A DNA stretch of 64,000 nt from IMG/VR virus record IMGVR_UViG_3300024269_004845; one strand, given 5' to 3'. Below, one piece after another: positions 1 to 10,239 of the stretch. The translations under genes and the position numbers were made by a program. This stretch comes from a virus. Lineage: Duplodnaviria > Caudoviricetes. The notes below the pieces were generated by a model. It was not told the DNA's origin, searched no databases, and saw nothing but the letters and a program-made list of their open reading frames with translations. Positions within the stretch are counted from its first letter, which is position 1, and every line of letters begins with the position of its first letter.

Positions 1-12
1 GCTCCTAAGATT

Positions 13-477
13 TTGAGCCGTCTAGAAGATGGTGAATTCTTTGAGGGCAAGATTATCAATATTTTACCTTATGGTGCTTATATTGATATTGATGGTGTAG
101 TTGGTCTTTTAAAGAATACCGATTATGCTGAGGACTATACATCTATTAAGGAAATGCATCACGTTGGTGATACCATTCAAGTTAAGATGAAGGGTCGTTC
201 TTCAAATGAAAAACTTTTATTTGAAGCTGTTACTAAGTATGTTAGTCCTACTGTTATTACCAGAGAAAGCCTTGAACCAGGTCAAATTATTTATGGTGTA
301 GTGAGAAGTGTTCAGCCTTGGGGTGTATTTGTTAATATTCTTCCAAACCTTGATGCTCTCGTGGATTCTGAGTTCGCTGATATTCAGGAAGACCAGAAAG
401 TTGCAATCAGAATTAAGTCTATTAAGCAGGATGATGACAAGTTTAAGGTTCGTGGTAAGATTGTAAGCATTCAGTAA
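13..477 (+). CDS. Tandem S1 RNA-binding domain protein (probably 5'-truncated by window edge)
   Basis: Two S1 repeats: GKIINILPYGAYIDIDGVVGLL and GVVRSVQPWGVFVNILPNLDALV. Confidence 0.75.
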   Translation: MSRLEDGEFFEGKIINILPYGAYIDIDGVVGLLKNTDYAEDYTSIKEMHHVGDTIQVKMKGRSSNEKLLFEAVTKYVSPTVITRESLEPGQIIYGVVRSVQPWGVFVNILPNLDALVDSEFADIQEDQKVAIRIKSIKQDDDKFKVRGKIVSIQ

Positions 478-491
478 AGGAGGTTGTCAAA

Positions 492-1421
492 ATGGGAAAT
501 TACATAACTAATACTTTTGATGGCTATTCTTTTGGTGCTGATTATAAGCAGGTTTTCCAAAATAAACCTGTTACTACCTTAATGCACGAAGAAATCATTC
601 GTATGCGTTTTAATGGTTTGATTACCGACGATGACCTGAAGGTTATTAAATTTATTTTTGATTTTAAATTTGCTACTCCTGGGATTATTGCTGATTATTT
701 AAATACTCAGGAGACAATTGAAAATATAACTAATAGATTGGATAGACTGGTTAAGAATCGCATTCTTAATAAGTTTATGTTGGCAATGATTCCTGAGGAT
801 TCTATTCCTGCAGATGCTCTTTGCATTTATTGCTTAGACCTTGGGGGCAAGACATTATTGTCTCAGTATTCTCATTGCGATATTGCAAACTGGAATACTA
901 CAAAAAATAACTGGAGTTCCGATAATATCGGATATGCTTTAGTAACTGCAAACTTTTATGTTCGATTGTTAAAAACTTGCCCTGGCAAACTTGAATATTT
1001 CAAGTCTTGCCCCGAATACAGAATTAATAAGATGGTAGTAATTCCTTCCTTTGAATTTTGTATTAAAGTAAATGGTATGCGCAAGTATTTTATTGGTGAA
1101 ATTGTTCGTGACTTTGATATTCCTATTGGATTTAGAACTAAGTGTGAAAAGTTGGAGAGTATTCTATGTACAAAGGCATGGATGAAATATTTCCATGATG
1201 CTGATGGGGTTCCTCCTGTTCTTTTCTTAATCGGAGAGAATGATTCTGTTGTTCTTGAAGCTGCTCAAATCATTTCTAATGTATCTGGTATTGGAGCATT
1301 TAGATTAACAACAGATGAACGAACTAAAAAGCTTCTCAACGAAGGCGGAGCATTCTTGAAGTATGATGTTGAAAATAATCTTCTAAAACCTATCAAAGCT
1401 TCTACTTTTGACCCAGAATAA
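492..1421 (+). CDS. Replication-relaxation (Replic_Relax)-like protein, catalytic motif degenerate
   Basis: N-terminal wHTH pattern ITDDDLKVIKFIFDFKFAT..RLDRLV..IYCL. The PD...E region reads IPSFEF...FIGE. GGAGG RBS. Confidence 0.6.
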   Translation: MGNYITNTFDGYSFGADYKQVFQNKPVTTLMHEEIIRMRFNGLITDDDLKVIKFIFDFKFATPGIIADYLNTQETIENITNRLDRLVKNRILNKFMLAMIPEDSIPADALCIYCLDLGGKTLLSQYSHCDIANWNTTKNNWSSDNIGYALVTANFYVRLLKTCPGKLEYFKSCPEYRINKMVVIPSFEFCIKVNGMRKYFIGEIVRDFDIPIGFRTKCEKLESILCTKAWMKYFHDADGVPPVLFLIGENDSVVLEAAQIISNVSGIGAFRLTTDERTKKLLNEGGAFLKYDVENNLLKPIKASTFDPE

Positions 1422-1438
1422 TTAAATATAAAAAAAAC

Positions 1439-1468
1439 GAAACCCCACGATGAGAATCGTGGGGTTTC
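1439..1468. terminator. Bidirectional intrinsic terminator
   Basis: GAAACCCCACGAT-gaga-ATCGTGGGGTTTC between convergent genes. Confidence 0.8.
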
Positions 1469-1486
1469 TTATATTTGTAGCAGATA

Positions 1487-3709
1487 TTACTTCTGCATGA
1501 GCAGCATACGTACCTGCTTAACCAGTTCCTTAGAAATATCCTGAGGAGCGCAAGAGATGAGGTTCTTCTCATACATTTCCTTGTACTCACTCATAGTATT
1601 TCGACGGAAACCTTCGTCGCCAAAGAAAATAGCGATAACCTTGATACCTGCCTTACGAGCATTCTTAACGGCAGTCTTAACGTCGTTGATTGCCTGAGAA
1701 TGACTGCGATAGTCAGAAGGCAAACCGTCGGACAAAACCATCAGAATCTTATTCTGTTCCGAGCGCTTCATCAGTTCAGCAGTTGCAACCTTGATGGAGT
1801 AACCATCTTTGTTGCCGCCGCTGAAGCTGCGGCTGGTGCCGTAAGAATAAGCGTAATTGCGAACAGTATCACGGTCTTCAAACTTCTTAACCTGGAAATG
1901 CTTTACACAGTTTCCTTCAGTTGTGAAGTTAGTAATCTTCATTGGCATGAGGGGCTTCAGAGCCTCTTCGATGATGGCACAAGCCATGGTAGAGCGCTTC
2001 TGCTTTTCGCCGCACATAGAACCAGAACCGTCCCAAACAATGCTTACGCAAGAATCTACGTTAAGAGGGTTGCCCTTCTTTTCGAAAATTCTGAAGTCAT
2101 TAGTACCAACTCTGTGGATGGACTTCTTGTTGAGTCTGCCAGAATGCTGGTCAGCGAGGTCGAAAGCTTCCTGCTCACGGAAGAAAGCTTCAAGCTGCTT
2201 ACGAAGCATGCGACCCTGCTTGCGAATTTCATCAGGAGCAGGGAGGCTCACATTTACGTTTACAGCGTCGTAACCTTCGACATGGGGGTCATCATAACCT
2301 TCGCGGATGCTTTCGATATCAGCGGAGCTGAGGTCTTCAGATGCGGCTTCTTCTGCCTCAATCTTCTTGGACTGAGAGGTGTATTCCTTAGCAGCGGATT
2401 CCATACCTTCTTCGATAGCTCTGTCAATTTCTGCTTTTACGGCTTCGTTGACTTCGTTGATATCAGGAGTGCTTCCATCGGCCTGCTTGTTGCCAGAAGA
2501 AGTGCCCTGTCCGTTGTTGTCAGCGTTCTGGCCAGAAGAATCTTCACCATCTTCGCTGCCACCACGTTCGGCATGGTCGGGAGCTTCGCGCTTCGCTGCG
2601 AACGGGTCCTTGGAATAATCCTTACCTTCTTCACCAGAAGAGGAACCCTTGGACTTGTCTTCGCCCTCCTTACCATCTTTACCGTCCTTGCCTTCTCCAT
2701 CCTTGGATTCGCCGTCTTCGCCGTCCTGGTCTCCGTTACCAGCGCCAGTGCCATCCTGCTTCTTATCGGACTTCTTGCCTGCCTGACCTTTACCATTGCC
2801 CTTTCCAGATTTGCCAGGGACACTGATATGGACAGAGAGAGAATCTCCATCGAGGTCAGAATCGGGGCGCTCAAGAGCATTCTTGTTCTGGAAATCGACG
2901 AATTCTGCCAGAAGCTCCATGATTTCCTGCATTGTGGCAGCATCTTCAATCTCGACTAGCAGAAGCTTTTCGAGATAAGGCTTCAGCTTAAGGATAATTC
3001 TCTGAAGCTTTTTAGTAGCTACCAGAGGGCCAGCAATGTTGATGAATTCTGCCACGTCCTTACGAACCAGGTCGACGTTATCGCGGAGTTCCTGGTCGAG
3101 CTTGTCGTAGTACTGAGGGTCTACACCACTGGTTGCCAGATAGCAAAGACACATCATCAGATTGACAACGTTACTCTTTGCAGGAGTATCTGCCATTTTC
3201 CAAAAAGTACCATTCAGGAACTTCAGGTACTTTGCGGAACCAGGATACTTATTGACCACAAAGTGCTCACAACGACCGTCTTCCAATGCATTGTTTAACT
3301 GAGCGGCGATTCTACGTACAACGAGAGGCAACATCTTCTTGCCAGTAGGAGAAAGCTTGGGCTCAAGGTTACTAAATTCCATGATTGCCCAATCCTGGAA
3401 TTTCTTGAACTGACTGAAAGAGCTGAAAAGCAAATGGCTAGTCTCGTGGATGAGCAACGCCATACCCATCATCCATACTTCCATAAAAGTAAAGTTGATG
3501 CCTGCCTTCTTGGAAGCTTCCTTGTGGCCAGGATGGGATTCTAGAGTGAATTCGGGGATGCCAACCGTCACGCCACGGCCATCGGTAAAACTACCGCCAC
3601 CGTAGGGAACGTTGAGACGCAGGTCATGGCGACCTGTCATCATGCACATCTTTCTGAATCCAATCTGCTTCAGCTGGTTCAAAAGTTTCTTCATTTCCTT
3701 GTCTGTCAT
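1487..3709 (-). CDS. CobT-like protein: N-terminal HExxH metallopeptidase-like domain, acidic/Gly linker, C-terminal vWA domain
   Basis: HETSH...NNALEDGRCE; MIDAS DGSGS and LSDGLP. Start moved to the ATG at 3709, which follows AAGGAGG. Confidence 0.8.
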   Translation of the reverse strand: MTDKEMKKLLNQLKQIGFRKMCMMTGRHDLRLNVPYGGGSFTDGRGVTVGIPEFTLESHPGHKEASKKAGINFTFMEVWMMGMALLIHETSHLLFSSFSQFKKFQDWAIMEFSNLEPKLSPTGKKMLPLVVRRIAAQLNNALEDGRCEHFVVNKYPGSAKYLKFLNGTFWKMADTPAKSNVVNLMMCLCYLATSGVDPQYYDKLDQELRDNVDLVRKDVAEFINIAGPLVATKKLQRIILKLKPYLEKLLLVEIEDAATMQEIMELLAEFVDFQNKNALERPDSDLDGDSLSVHISVPGKSGKGNGKGQAGKKSDKKQDGTGAGNGDQDGEDGESKDGEGKDGKDGKEGEDKSKGSSSGEEGKDYSKDPFAAKREAPDHAERGGSEDGEDSSGQNADNNGQGTSSGNKQADGSTPDINEVNEAVKAEIDRAIEEGMESAAKEYTSQSKKIEAEEAASEDLSSADIESIREGYDDPHVEGYDAVNVNVSLPAPDEIRKQGRMLRKQLEAFFREQEAFDLADQHSGRLNKKSIHRVGTNDFRIFEKKGNPLNVDSCVSIVWDGSGSMCGEKQKRSTMACAIIEEALKPLMPMKITNFTTEGNCVKHFQVKKFEDRDTVRNYAYSYGTSRSFSGGNKDGYSIKVATAELMKRSEQNKILMVLSDGLPSDYRSHSQAINDVKTAVKNARKAGIKVIAIFFGDEGFRRNTMSEYKEMYEKNLISCAPQDISKELVKQVRMLLMQK

Positions 3710-3798
3710 ATTTTTTATCCTCCTTAGTATTCTTACCATTTTTGTTTTGAGCTTAATATATTATATAATTAAGCTTCATGAATTATCTAATATAAATC

Positions 3799-3830
3799 AC
3801 AAAAACCAAGACCGAAGTCTTGGTTTTTGT
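3799..3830 (-). terminator. Intrinsic terminator after AAA+ gene
   Basis: ACAAAAACCAAGAC-cgaa-GTCTTGGTTTTTGT. Confidence 0.7.
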
Positions 3831-3839
3831 TTTCTGTGG

Positions 3840-5651
3840 TTACTTAATCATCAGGTCTACGATGCTCTTAACCGCTTCGCGGTCTTCAACATCACGAATC
3901 TTAGGAACGATGGTGCTCATGATAGCACTCTTGATATCGTTACCCAGAGCGATGTTCTGTGCAGCGTAGATGAATGCACGCTGAGAGAAGCTGCGCTCCT
4001 GAATCTCTACACCACGAACACCCTTCAGCTTCTTGTAAAGCTCGTTAAGAATCTTTACGGCCTTAGCGGGAAGAGTAGGAACTTCCTGCTTCAGGATTTC
4101 TGCGATGTTGTCAGGTGCCTCGAACTCGATTACGTGCCAACGGTCCTCAAAGGCGAGGTTCAGCATGCTGGTACCAGCATATTCTGCACCTTCGTTCATA
4201 GTGGCAGTAAAAATAACGTCGTCATTGACTTCGATATTCTTATAACCATTGATGAGGATGTTACGGCGCTTATCGAGGGCGCTGTGGAGAGAAGATGTCA
4301 CAGTAGGACGAAGAGTGTTTACCTCGTCCAGATTGATGAGAGAAGGCTTCTCGAGGGCCTTAGTAAGGATGGAGGGCTCGAACTCAATCTGTGCGGTCTG
4401 AGAACGCATAGCGTCAAACAGAACAGAATAGTCGATATCGCCACCATTTTCCTTAATGGTCTCAATCTGCTCTTCAACGGAAGCGTTAGCGAACGCTTCC
4501 TTATCAATCTTTGCATTTGCGATAGCATCGATGAAAGATGCAAACGCAGCATTTACTGCATCAGGAGAAGGACACTCCTCGCTTGGCTTCATGGACAGAT
4601 AACCGTACAGGCCTTCCTCATCCACACCTGCGGAACAGGTCTTATCGATGAGGTTCAAATCCATGAGGTTGGCAAAGGTGGTAATGAACATGTTCTTACC
4701 ACTACCAGCGGGGCCAACCAGAAGCAGGTTACCCTTGGCGTAAGAGAAGGCGATAGCATTCTCTACTTCCTTGCCATGCGGGATGTAACAAGGAGCAAAC
4801 TCCACGATGTCCTTATGTCCTTCCATCTTCTTCACGAAGAGAGCGATTGCGTATTCAGCAACGCCGACATTCTTCAGCCAGTCGATGCGCTTCTGAACTT
4901 CGGCAGCATCTGCTTCAGCAAAGGACTTCAGAAGCTTATCGTAGTCCTTAGAAGGAGCAGCGACAGCGGCAACCTCTTCCTTCACTTCAACGGTGATGGT
5001 TACAGGGAATACCAGACCATCTACGAACTTAACCTCTGCGGAAGTGTTCTTAGATACCTTCATCGCAGAAACGATATCAGCAACGTTGTCCAGCTTGATA
5101 CCCTTAGCATTTAGGGTAGTCTTTGCAGTAGAGGAAATCTCTGCGGTAGCCATACCGCAAGGAACCTCGTTGTAGTCAAAGACGATGGACTCGTCGTTTT
5201 CAATCTTGGCCACGACAGGAACGGAGCCATTCTTGCGGGAAGCGGAAGCAACCTGCATACGATTAGGGTAGTTGAGCTTATTGCCAGCCAACAGGGTCCA
5301 GTAAGTCTTGGTTACAGTTCCACTGGTAGGAGCAGCGGCTTCCTTAACAGGAATGCCCACCAGAAGAGGGTCAATAGATGTAACCTTAACCAAGTCACCT
5401 TCGGCAACCATATTGAAGACATCCTTTGCCATAGGATATCCATTTGCCGTAGAAGGACGGGCCGCAACGAAACCCACCTCATTGCCATCGGCGGTTTCGA
5501 GCTTGATTGCATAAGGGTCTTCCTTGTAAGTGTTCAAACGAACAACCAGACTATCGCTGGTAGTCAGTCCCTTTGCCATGCTCTTACTAGCGGGTCCAAC
5601 AACGCGAACCTCCTGAATTTCTACGGTATTGTTTTTCTTAGTTCTAGCCAT
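3840..5651 (-). CDS. MoxR/CbbQ/CobS-type AAA+ ATPase with N-terminal HIRAN-like domain(s)
   Basis: Walker A GPAGSGKN, Walker B INLDEVN, sensor ATMN, Arg finger LAFEDRW. N-terminal DPYAIKLETADGNEVGFVA resembles HIRAN. Confidence 0.85.
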   Translation of the reverse strand: MARTKKNNTVEIQEVRVVGPASKSMAKGLTTSDSLVVRLNTYKEDPYAIKLETADGNEVGFVAARPSTANGYPMAKDVFNMVAEGDLVKVTSIDPLLVGIPVKEAAAPTSGTVTKTYWTLLAGNKLNYPNRMQVASASRKNGSVPVVAKIENDESIVFDYNEVPCGMATAEISSTAKTTLNAKGIKLDNVADIVSAMKVSKNTSAEVKFVDGLVFPVTITVEVKEEVAAVAAPSKDYDKLLKSFAEADAAEVQKRIDWLKNVGVAEYAIALFVKKMEGHKDIVEFAPCYIPHGKEVENAIAFSYAKGNLLLVGPAGSGKNMFITTFANLMDLNLIDKTCSAGVDEEGLYGYLSMKPSEECPSPDAVNAAFASFIDAIANAKIDKEAFANASVEEQIETIKENGGDIDYSVLFDAMRSQTAQIEFEPSILTKALEKPSLINLDEVNTLRPTVTSSLHSALDKRRNILINGYKNIEVNDDVIFTATMNEGAEYAGTSMLNLAFEDRWHVIEFEAPDNIAEILKQEVPTLPAKAVKILNELYKKLKGVRGVEIQERSFSQRAFIYAAQNIALGNDIKSAIMSTIVPKIRDVEDREAVKSIVDLMIK

Positions 5652-5695
5652 GTTTTTTTCCTCCCATTAAAATCTTTTGTTTTTTGGATACTAAA

Positions 5696-6976
5696 TTATA
5701 CTGTGAAAACATACTCCATATAAGCCTTTTTAACTTCTTCATCTGGAGATTTTGCATTCACTTTTGTCAGGAGCTTATTGACTCCTGTGTTGAATTGCTC
5801 GAAAGTTTTCATCCGAAGATATGGCCTGACATCGCCAAATTCGGAGATAAGGTCATCGATACCTTTTGTTTCGTCGGTATAATCCCACAGTGCATATTCA
5901 ACGGAAATTCCGTTTGCTTCGAGTTCCTGGCCGAGTTTAGCAGCCTGAGTAAGAACATTAATATTATAGCACATATCGGAGTCATACGCAACGATTACTC
6001 CCGAAAACTTAGGATACAGGGCCTTAAGACCCTTGATGGTACTCATGATTGGGCGCCAATTCGTAACGCCCTGAATACTGATTGCTGACATGCCATACTG
6101 TTTTCTGATTGCAACAGCCTTGAAAAAGCCTTCGGTAATGAACATTTTCTTGGTAAATTTACCAAGTTCAAAGCCAATTGGGCTACCAGGGCTCAAACCA
6201 TCCTGCAGATATGCGTTGTCAGGGTCATCTTTCAGACAAAAGCTGGAAGAAAACCAAACATACTTGTTGTCAGCCTTTGGGTCTCTTTTTCTGATTTGCA
6301 ATCCAACAATTTTACCCTCAAAGTCTTTACATGGGATAATAATGCCAGACTGATATCCGAATGAGAAAGGCTCTCCTTCTTTTTTGAAAAATCCAGGGAC
6401 TTCAAACAAAACGTCTGTTGTTCCGAACTTTTCGGAGACCTTAGACTCTAATTCCTTACGCAGACTCAAGAGTCTGCGAGGAAACGTTTTGAAGCCATAG
6501 GTCTGAATTTCGTCATCCGTGAACCCTCTTGTCTTCAAAAGGGCTGCATCTTCTTCGCTTAATGTAAGCATATCGAGGAAAATTCGATAAACTTCATCCA
6601 TCACTTGAAGATTTAGGACTTTCTTGACCGAAGGAATGGTCAAGATTTTACGCTCTACATCAGTGGAAATACGACCACTGAAATAGCCGAGGTTGAATTC
6701 CTTGGCTAGGCGCTTAACAGCATCGACAAAGCTTAAGCTGTACAGCTCCATGTAGAACTTTACGGGGCCACCAACGATATCCAACTTCCAATCGTGGAAA
6801 ATATTATTGGGAACGTTGATATTAAAAGACCCCAAACTGCCAGAAGGACGAAGCGGGCTTACAGTTTTAAGATTAGGGCCAACGCCACTAAAAACGCAAC
6901 CTACTCCTTCCAGGACTTCTTTTATCGGAAGTGCATTGCACTGTTCCGATAATTCTTCAAATGACTTCTTAGCCAT
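5696..6976 (-). CDS. Primase-like protein: Cys-less CHC2-like domain plus TOPRIM (DUF3854-like)
   Basis: SPLR..GSFNIN..FHDW..GGPVKF..SFVDAVKRL; TOPRIM motifs FITEGFFKA, AYDSD, KGIDD. Confidence 0.75.
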   Translation of the reverse strand: MAKKSFEELSEQCNALPIKEVLEGVGCVFSGVGPNLKTVSPLRPSGSLGSFNINVPNNIFHDWKLDIVGGPVKFYMELYSLSFVDAVKRLAKEFNLGYFSGRISTDVERKILTIPSVKKVLNLQVMDEVYRIFLDMLTLSEEDAALLKTRGFTDDEIQTYGFKTFPRRLLSLRKELESKVSEKFGTTDVLFEVPGFFKKEGEPFSFGYQSGIIIPCKDFEGKIVGLQIRKRDPKADNKYVWFSSSFCLKDDPDNAYLQDGLSPGSPIGFELGKFTKKMFITEGFFKAVAIRKQYGMSAISIQGVTNWRPIMSTIKGLKALYPKFSGVIVAYDSDMCYNINVLTQAAKLGQELEANGISVEYALWDYTDETKGIDDLISEFGDVRPYLRMKTFEQFNTGVNKLLTKVNAKSPDEEVKKAYMEYVFTV

Positions 6977-6997
6977 CGTTATTCTCCTCCTCCCATA

Positions 6998-7597
6998 CTA
7001 GAACGGGCTTTCGCCTACCTTTCTTGACACATCCTCGCCCTGCTGTGTATTTCGTTTCGCATCTCTGATTTTGCGAACGTCGTTACACCACAGAGCTAGA
7101 ACATTTCTCAGAGAACCTACCTTAGTCAGCTTTAGCTCACCGATGATAGAAATCGTATCGCCCTTCAGAACATTCTGATGCAGATAAATCGCGTCTGCAT
7201 CAAAAGCGATGAAAGGCAAGAAGAGTACGATACCTCCATCAGACTTAGACTGGAAAGGAATGTCCTTCATCTCGGGTACGTACTGAATGGACTTCTCGTA
7301 CCGTTCTCGAGAAATATTTACTGCTACAGTGGGCATTCGCAGATTGCGAAGCTCAACAGGAACGCTAGGAGTGTTATGAACTACCTCTTTAACGCCATTG
7401 ATGACCACGTTGTTCGTGGAGGTGGCACCTCGTACATTATCCTTTACCAGATAAAACGGTGTCACCAGCTTACTGCTTCCCTTGCAAAGGAAAGGGAAAT
7501 CATCGGTGGTGTTGCCTACACACTGAACGATATTTCTATCTCTATCGTCGTGTACGGCAAACAGGTAGTTCAAATCCTTTTTGTTGTTCTTCTCCAT
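6998..7597 (-). CDS. Divergent single-stranded DNA-binding protein (OB fold)
   Basis: FLPFIAFDADAIYLHQNVLKGDTISIIGEL matches the SSB core. C-terminus ends in PF. Confidence 0.55.
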   Translation of the reverse strand: MEKNNKKDLNYLFAVHDDRDRNIVQCVGNTTDDFPFLCKGSSKLVTPFYLVKDNVRGATSTNNVVINGVKEVVHNTPSVPVELRNLRMPTVAVNISRERYEKSIQYVPEMKDIPFQSKSDGGIVLFLPFIAFDADAIYLHQNVLKGDTISIIGELKLTKVGSLRNVLALWCNDVRKIRDAKRNTQQGEDVSRKVGESPF

Positions 7598-7619
7598 GTT
7601 TTTTCCTCCTTGGTGTATT

Positions 7620-7645
7620 TGTGCTTATATTATTATATAAATATT
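7620..7645 (-). promoter_or_regulatory. Conserved upstream motif copy (identical 26-mer to 24118-24143)
   Basis: AATATTTATATAATAATATAAGCACA contains a TATAAT -10 and lies just upstream of the ssb RBS. Confidence 0.7.
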
Positions 7646-7773
7646 AAATCTAAATAATAAGCGCAAGCGAACAAAATAATTTACTTATATTAATGATAAC
7701 ACAAAATATCGAAAAAAGAAATGCACATAACATATAAAATTTGTTACGTGCATTTATATATTTTTGTTATGTT

Positions 7774-9474
7774 TTATTTTTGGTTCCTTTGTTCTTGCCA
7801 GATACTATATGCATCGGGATATTCTTCAAGAACAGACTCATCAATAATGAAATTTCCATACTCGTCATAGTGACCTGTAATCTTAATACCACCTTGTTCT
7901 TCAATTAAGACTTCTGGCCTTACATAATCACCAATCTCGTTTCTAACAAGCAATACGCCGTCGCTATCAACTAATTCGCCTTTGGAATTATAATAATTGC
8001 CGTCTTTATTTTGTACGTATTTCACTACTTTTCCGTTGGAATCTATAATATTGTTGTATCTATCAATAAATTCACCATTTTTATTAATAGCTCTTCCTTT
8101 TTCATCAACTCTCTGTCCATACTTATTGATTCTGTCATTATTTTCATCAACGAGTTCTCCATCGCTATTAATAAAGTAATTTTCTCTATTTACCAAACGG
8201 CCATCGCTGTCGTAGTAATAATCATTAATATAAGGCTTGTTTGCTATAAAAATATCGGAATATTTTCTTTCTTGTCCTGTTGGGTCTTTTTTGATTTCTG
8301 CAAAATCACTAGAGCCAATAGAACCTATTAGAAAATAATCTTCATATGGGTTAAACAAATAAACATCTAGGTTTTTAGACAATACTTTTGTTGGTAGATA
8401 AGGAATACCAATAGTGTATAATTCTGCATAGTCATCATATCTGAAAACTCTTAGTTGGCTAAAGTTTTTATTACTAATGGTAGTTTTAAACAACGCGTAA
8501 ATGTTATTGTTTTTATCTACATACATGTGTAATGGATTTGCATATTGGATTTCAATGGCCTTATTAATATTCATATCTTTATAATCTACATTTAGAATTA
8601 AAGATTTTTCAGAACCATCACCAAAGTCACTAATTGTATAAATATTTTTATTTATACCGTCCATATATGTAGAGGTTACTGGGCGAATACTTCCATAATG
8701 TAAAGTTATTTGGTCATTTTCTATATCGTATTGTCCCATTTGAGTTTCATTAAAGAAGTAAATGTACTGAGTATTTGCAACCCAAGTATTAACATTTCCT
8801 GGAAGTTCGTATGTTGCCTTTGAAATTTTGGGGAAATTTGTAAGTTCTATATCAATTGTTGTCATATATTTATCTAAACCAGTATACCCTAAAAATTCTT
8901 TAGAATAATTCTCCATATAAACGTATGTTGCTTCTTTGCTTGTATTTACTGGGACATTTGTTGCATATGATAATTTTCCATCATCTGAAAGAATTTGTGG
9001 TCTGACATAGGAATAAATATTTGCTTTGGTTTCTGGATTATCTGTTGAATAATAAAATAATCCATTATATCCATAAATATCTTCTATATTACTTTCTTTT
9101 AAAATATAGTCTTTCATTGTTTTTAGTTCGTTTTTATAAACTAAAATCATTGTCATTTTTCTGGAAGTCTTATCTACGGCATATAATATGCGAGGCACAT
9201 TTTCGACTCCTTCTAATTGGCTACTATAAAGATTTCCTTCATCCATTGCATAAATATATTCACTTTCTTCGCCGCCGTTCAAATCTATTTCGGAAACAAC
9301 ATTACTTAGGTCGTCAAACATTGTAACAATTCCGTTTTCCGTTGTTAAAATATAATCTCCATTTCTAACAACTTCTGTAACTACATCTTGTTTCTGAGAA
9401 GTAGATGAACAACCTGTTAATATAGAAAAAATTGTACATATTACTAACAAAAGAGATACTCTTTTCTTTATCAT
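7774..9474 (-). CDS. Lipoprotein with beta-rich body and C-terminal short-period repeats
   Basis: Lipobox ILTGC. (D/N)xxG-x-(V/I) repeats near the C-terminus. Confidence 0.7.
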   Translation of the reverse strand: MIKKRVSLLLVICTIFSILTGCSSTSQKQDVVTEVVRNGDYILTTENGIVTMFDDLSNVVSEIDLNGGEESEYIYAMDEGNLYSSQLEGVENVPRILYAVDKTSRKMTMILVYKNELKTMKDYILKESNIEDIYGYNGLFYYSTDNPETKANIYSYVRPQILSDDGKLSYATNVPVNTSKEATYVYMENYSKEFLGYTGLDKYMTTIDIELTNFPKISKATYELPGNVNTWVANTQYIYFFNETQMGQYDIENDQITLHYGSIRPVTSTYMDGINKNIYTISDFGDGSEKSLILNVDYKDMNINKAIEIQYANPLHMYVDKNNNIYALFKTTISNKNFSQLRVFRYDDYAELYTIGIPYLPTKVLSKNLDVYLFNPYEDYFLIGSIGSSDFAEIKKDPTGQERKYSDIFIANKPYINDYYYDSDGRLVNRENYFINSDGELVDENNDRINKYGQRVDEKGRAINKNGEFIDRYNNIIDSNGKVVKYVQNKDGNYYNSKGELVDSDGVLLVRNEIGDYVRPEVLIEEQGGIKITGHYDEYGNFIIDESVLEEYPDAYSIWQEQRNQK

Positions 9475-9561
9475 TATTAAGCCCTCCGTTTCTCAAATCT
9501 TCTTAAATAATATATTTTACGATATTTTTATATATTATATTAAAAAGGAGTGATTTATAAA

Positions 9562-10239
9562 ATGCGTATTTTAGGTATTGACCAGGGGATAGCCAATATG
9601 GGATATTCTATTCTCGAAGATGATAAACTTATTACATATGGTTGTATAAATACAACTAGCAAAGATTTTTTAGAAGAACGTTTTTTTATTATTTATTCTA
9701 GAATTAAAAAAATTATTGAAGAATATAAACCAGAAGTTATCTGCTGTGAAAAATTGTTTTATACTTCTCCGAAGGAAGGAAATAGAAATAAGTCTGCATC
9801 TATTATATACACAAATATGATTACTGGGGTTTTGGCTGCGTTATGTGGAGAATTCGAAATTGAATTAAGAATGTTTGTTCCAAGCAAGGTCAAAAAAGCA
9901 GTGTGTGATAATGGCAAAGCAGAAAAAGATGAAATGATTACAAAAATTAAATCTTTATACACTGTAGAATCTGACAAAACAAAATATGAACACGTTTGTG
10001 ACTCTATTGCGATTGCTTTCACTTGTTATGTTGAGAACAAAGAAAATCCAGAAATAAGAGCTGAATTTGAAAATAATAAAAACCTTAAAATTAAAAGAGT
10101 AACTGAGGATGAAATTAGAAGATTAAATAAAATCGATAAAGAACGCAAAAAGTTAAAAAGAGAGATTGAGAGAAAAAGAAAAAAGGCTGAAAAGTTAAAA
10201 ATACAACAAGAAAAAGCATTAAAACGGCGTAAAAACTAA
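9562..10239 (+). CDS. ruvC: Holliday junction resolvase RuvC with Lys-rich tail
   Basis: MRILGIDQG, CEKLF, PSKVKKAVCDNGKAEK, DSIAIA. Confidence 0.9.
   Translation: MRILGIDQGIANMGYSILEDDKLITYGCINTTSKDFLEERFFIIYSRIKKIIEEYKPEVICCEKLFYTSPKEGNRNKSASIIYTNMITGVLAALCGEFEIELRMFVPSKVKKAVCDNGKAEKDEMITKIKSLYTVESDKTKYEHVCDSIAIAFTCYVENKENPEIRAEFENNKNLKIKRVTEDEIRRLNKIDKERKKLKREIERKRKKAEKLKIQQEKALKRRKN

Noticed and set aside
2380-2830. Low-complexity GKDG/GED-rich stretch as a DNA repeat element
   Set aside because: It is the disordered linker typical of CobT-like vWA proteins, not an independent repeat.
1700-5114. Long plus-strand ORFs 1700-2959 (419 aa) and 3612-5114 (500 aa)
   Set aside because: They are antisense shadows of the vWA and AAA+ genes. 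Biased codons there rarely create reverse-strand stops, and no motif or RBS is evident.
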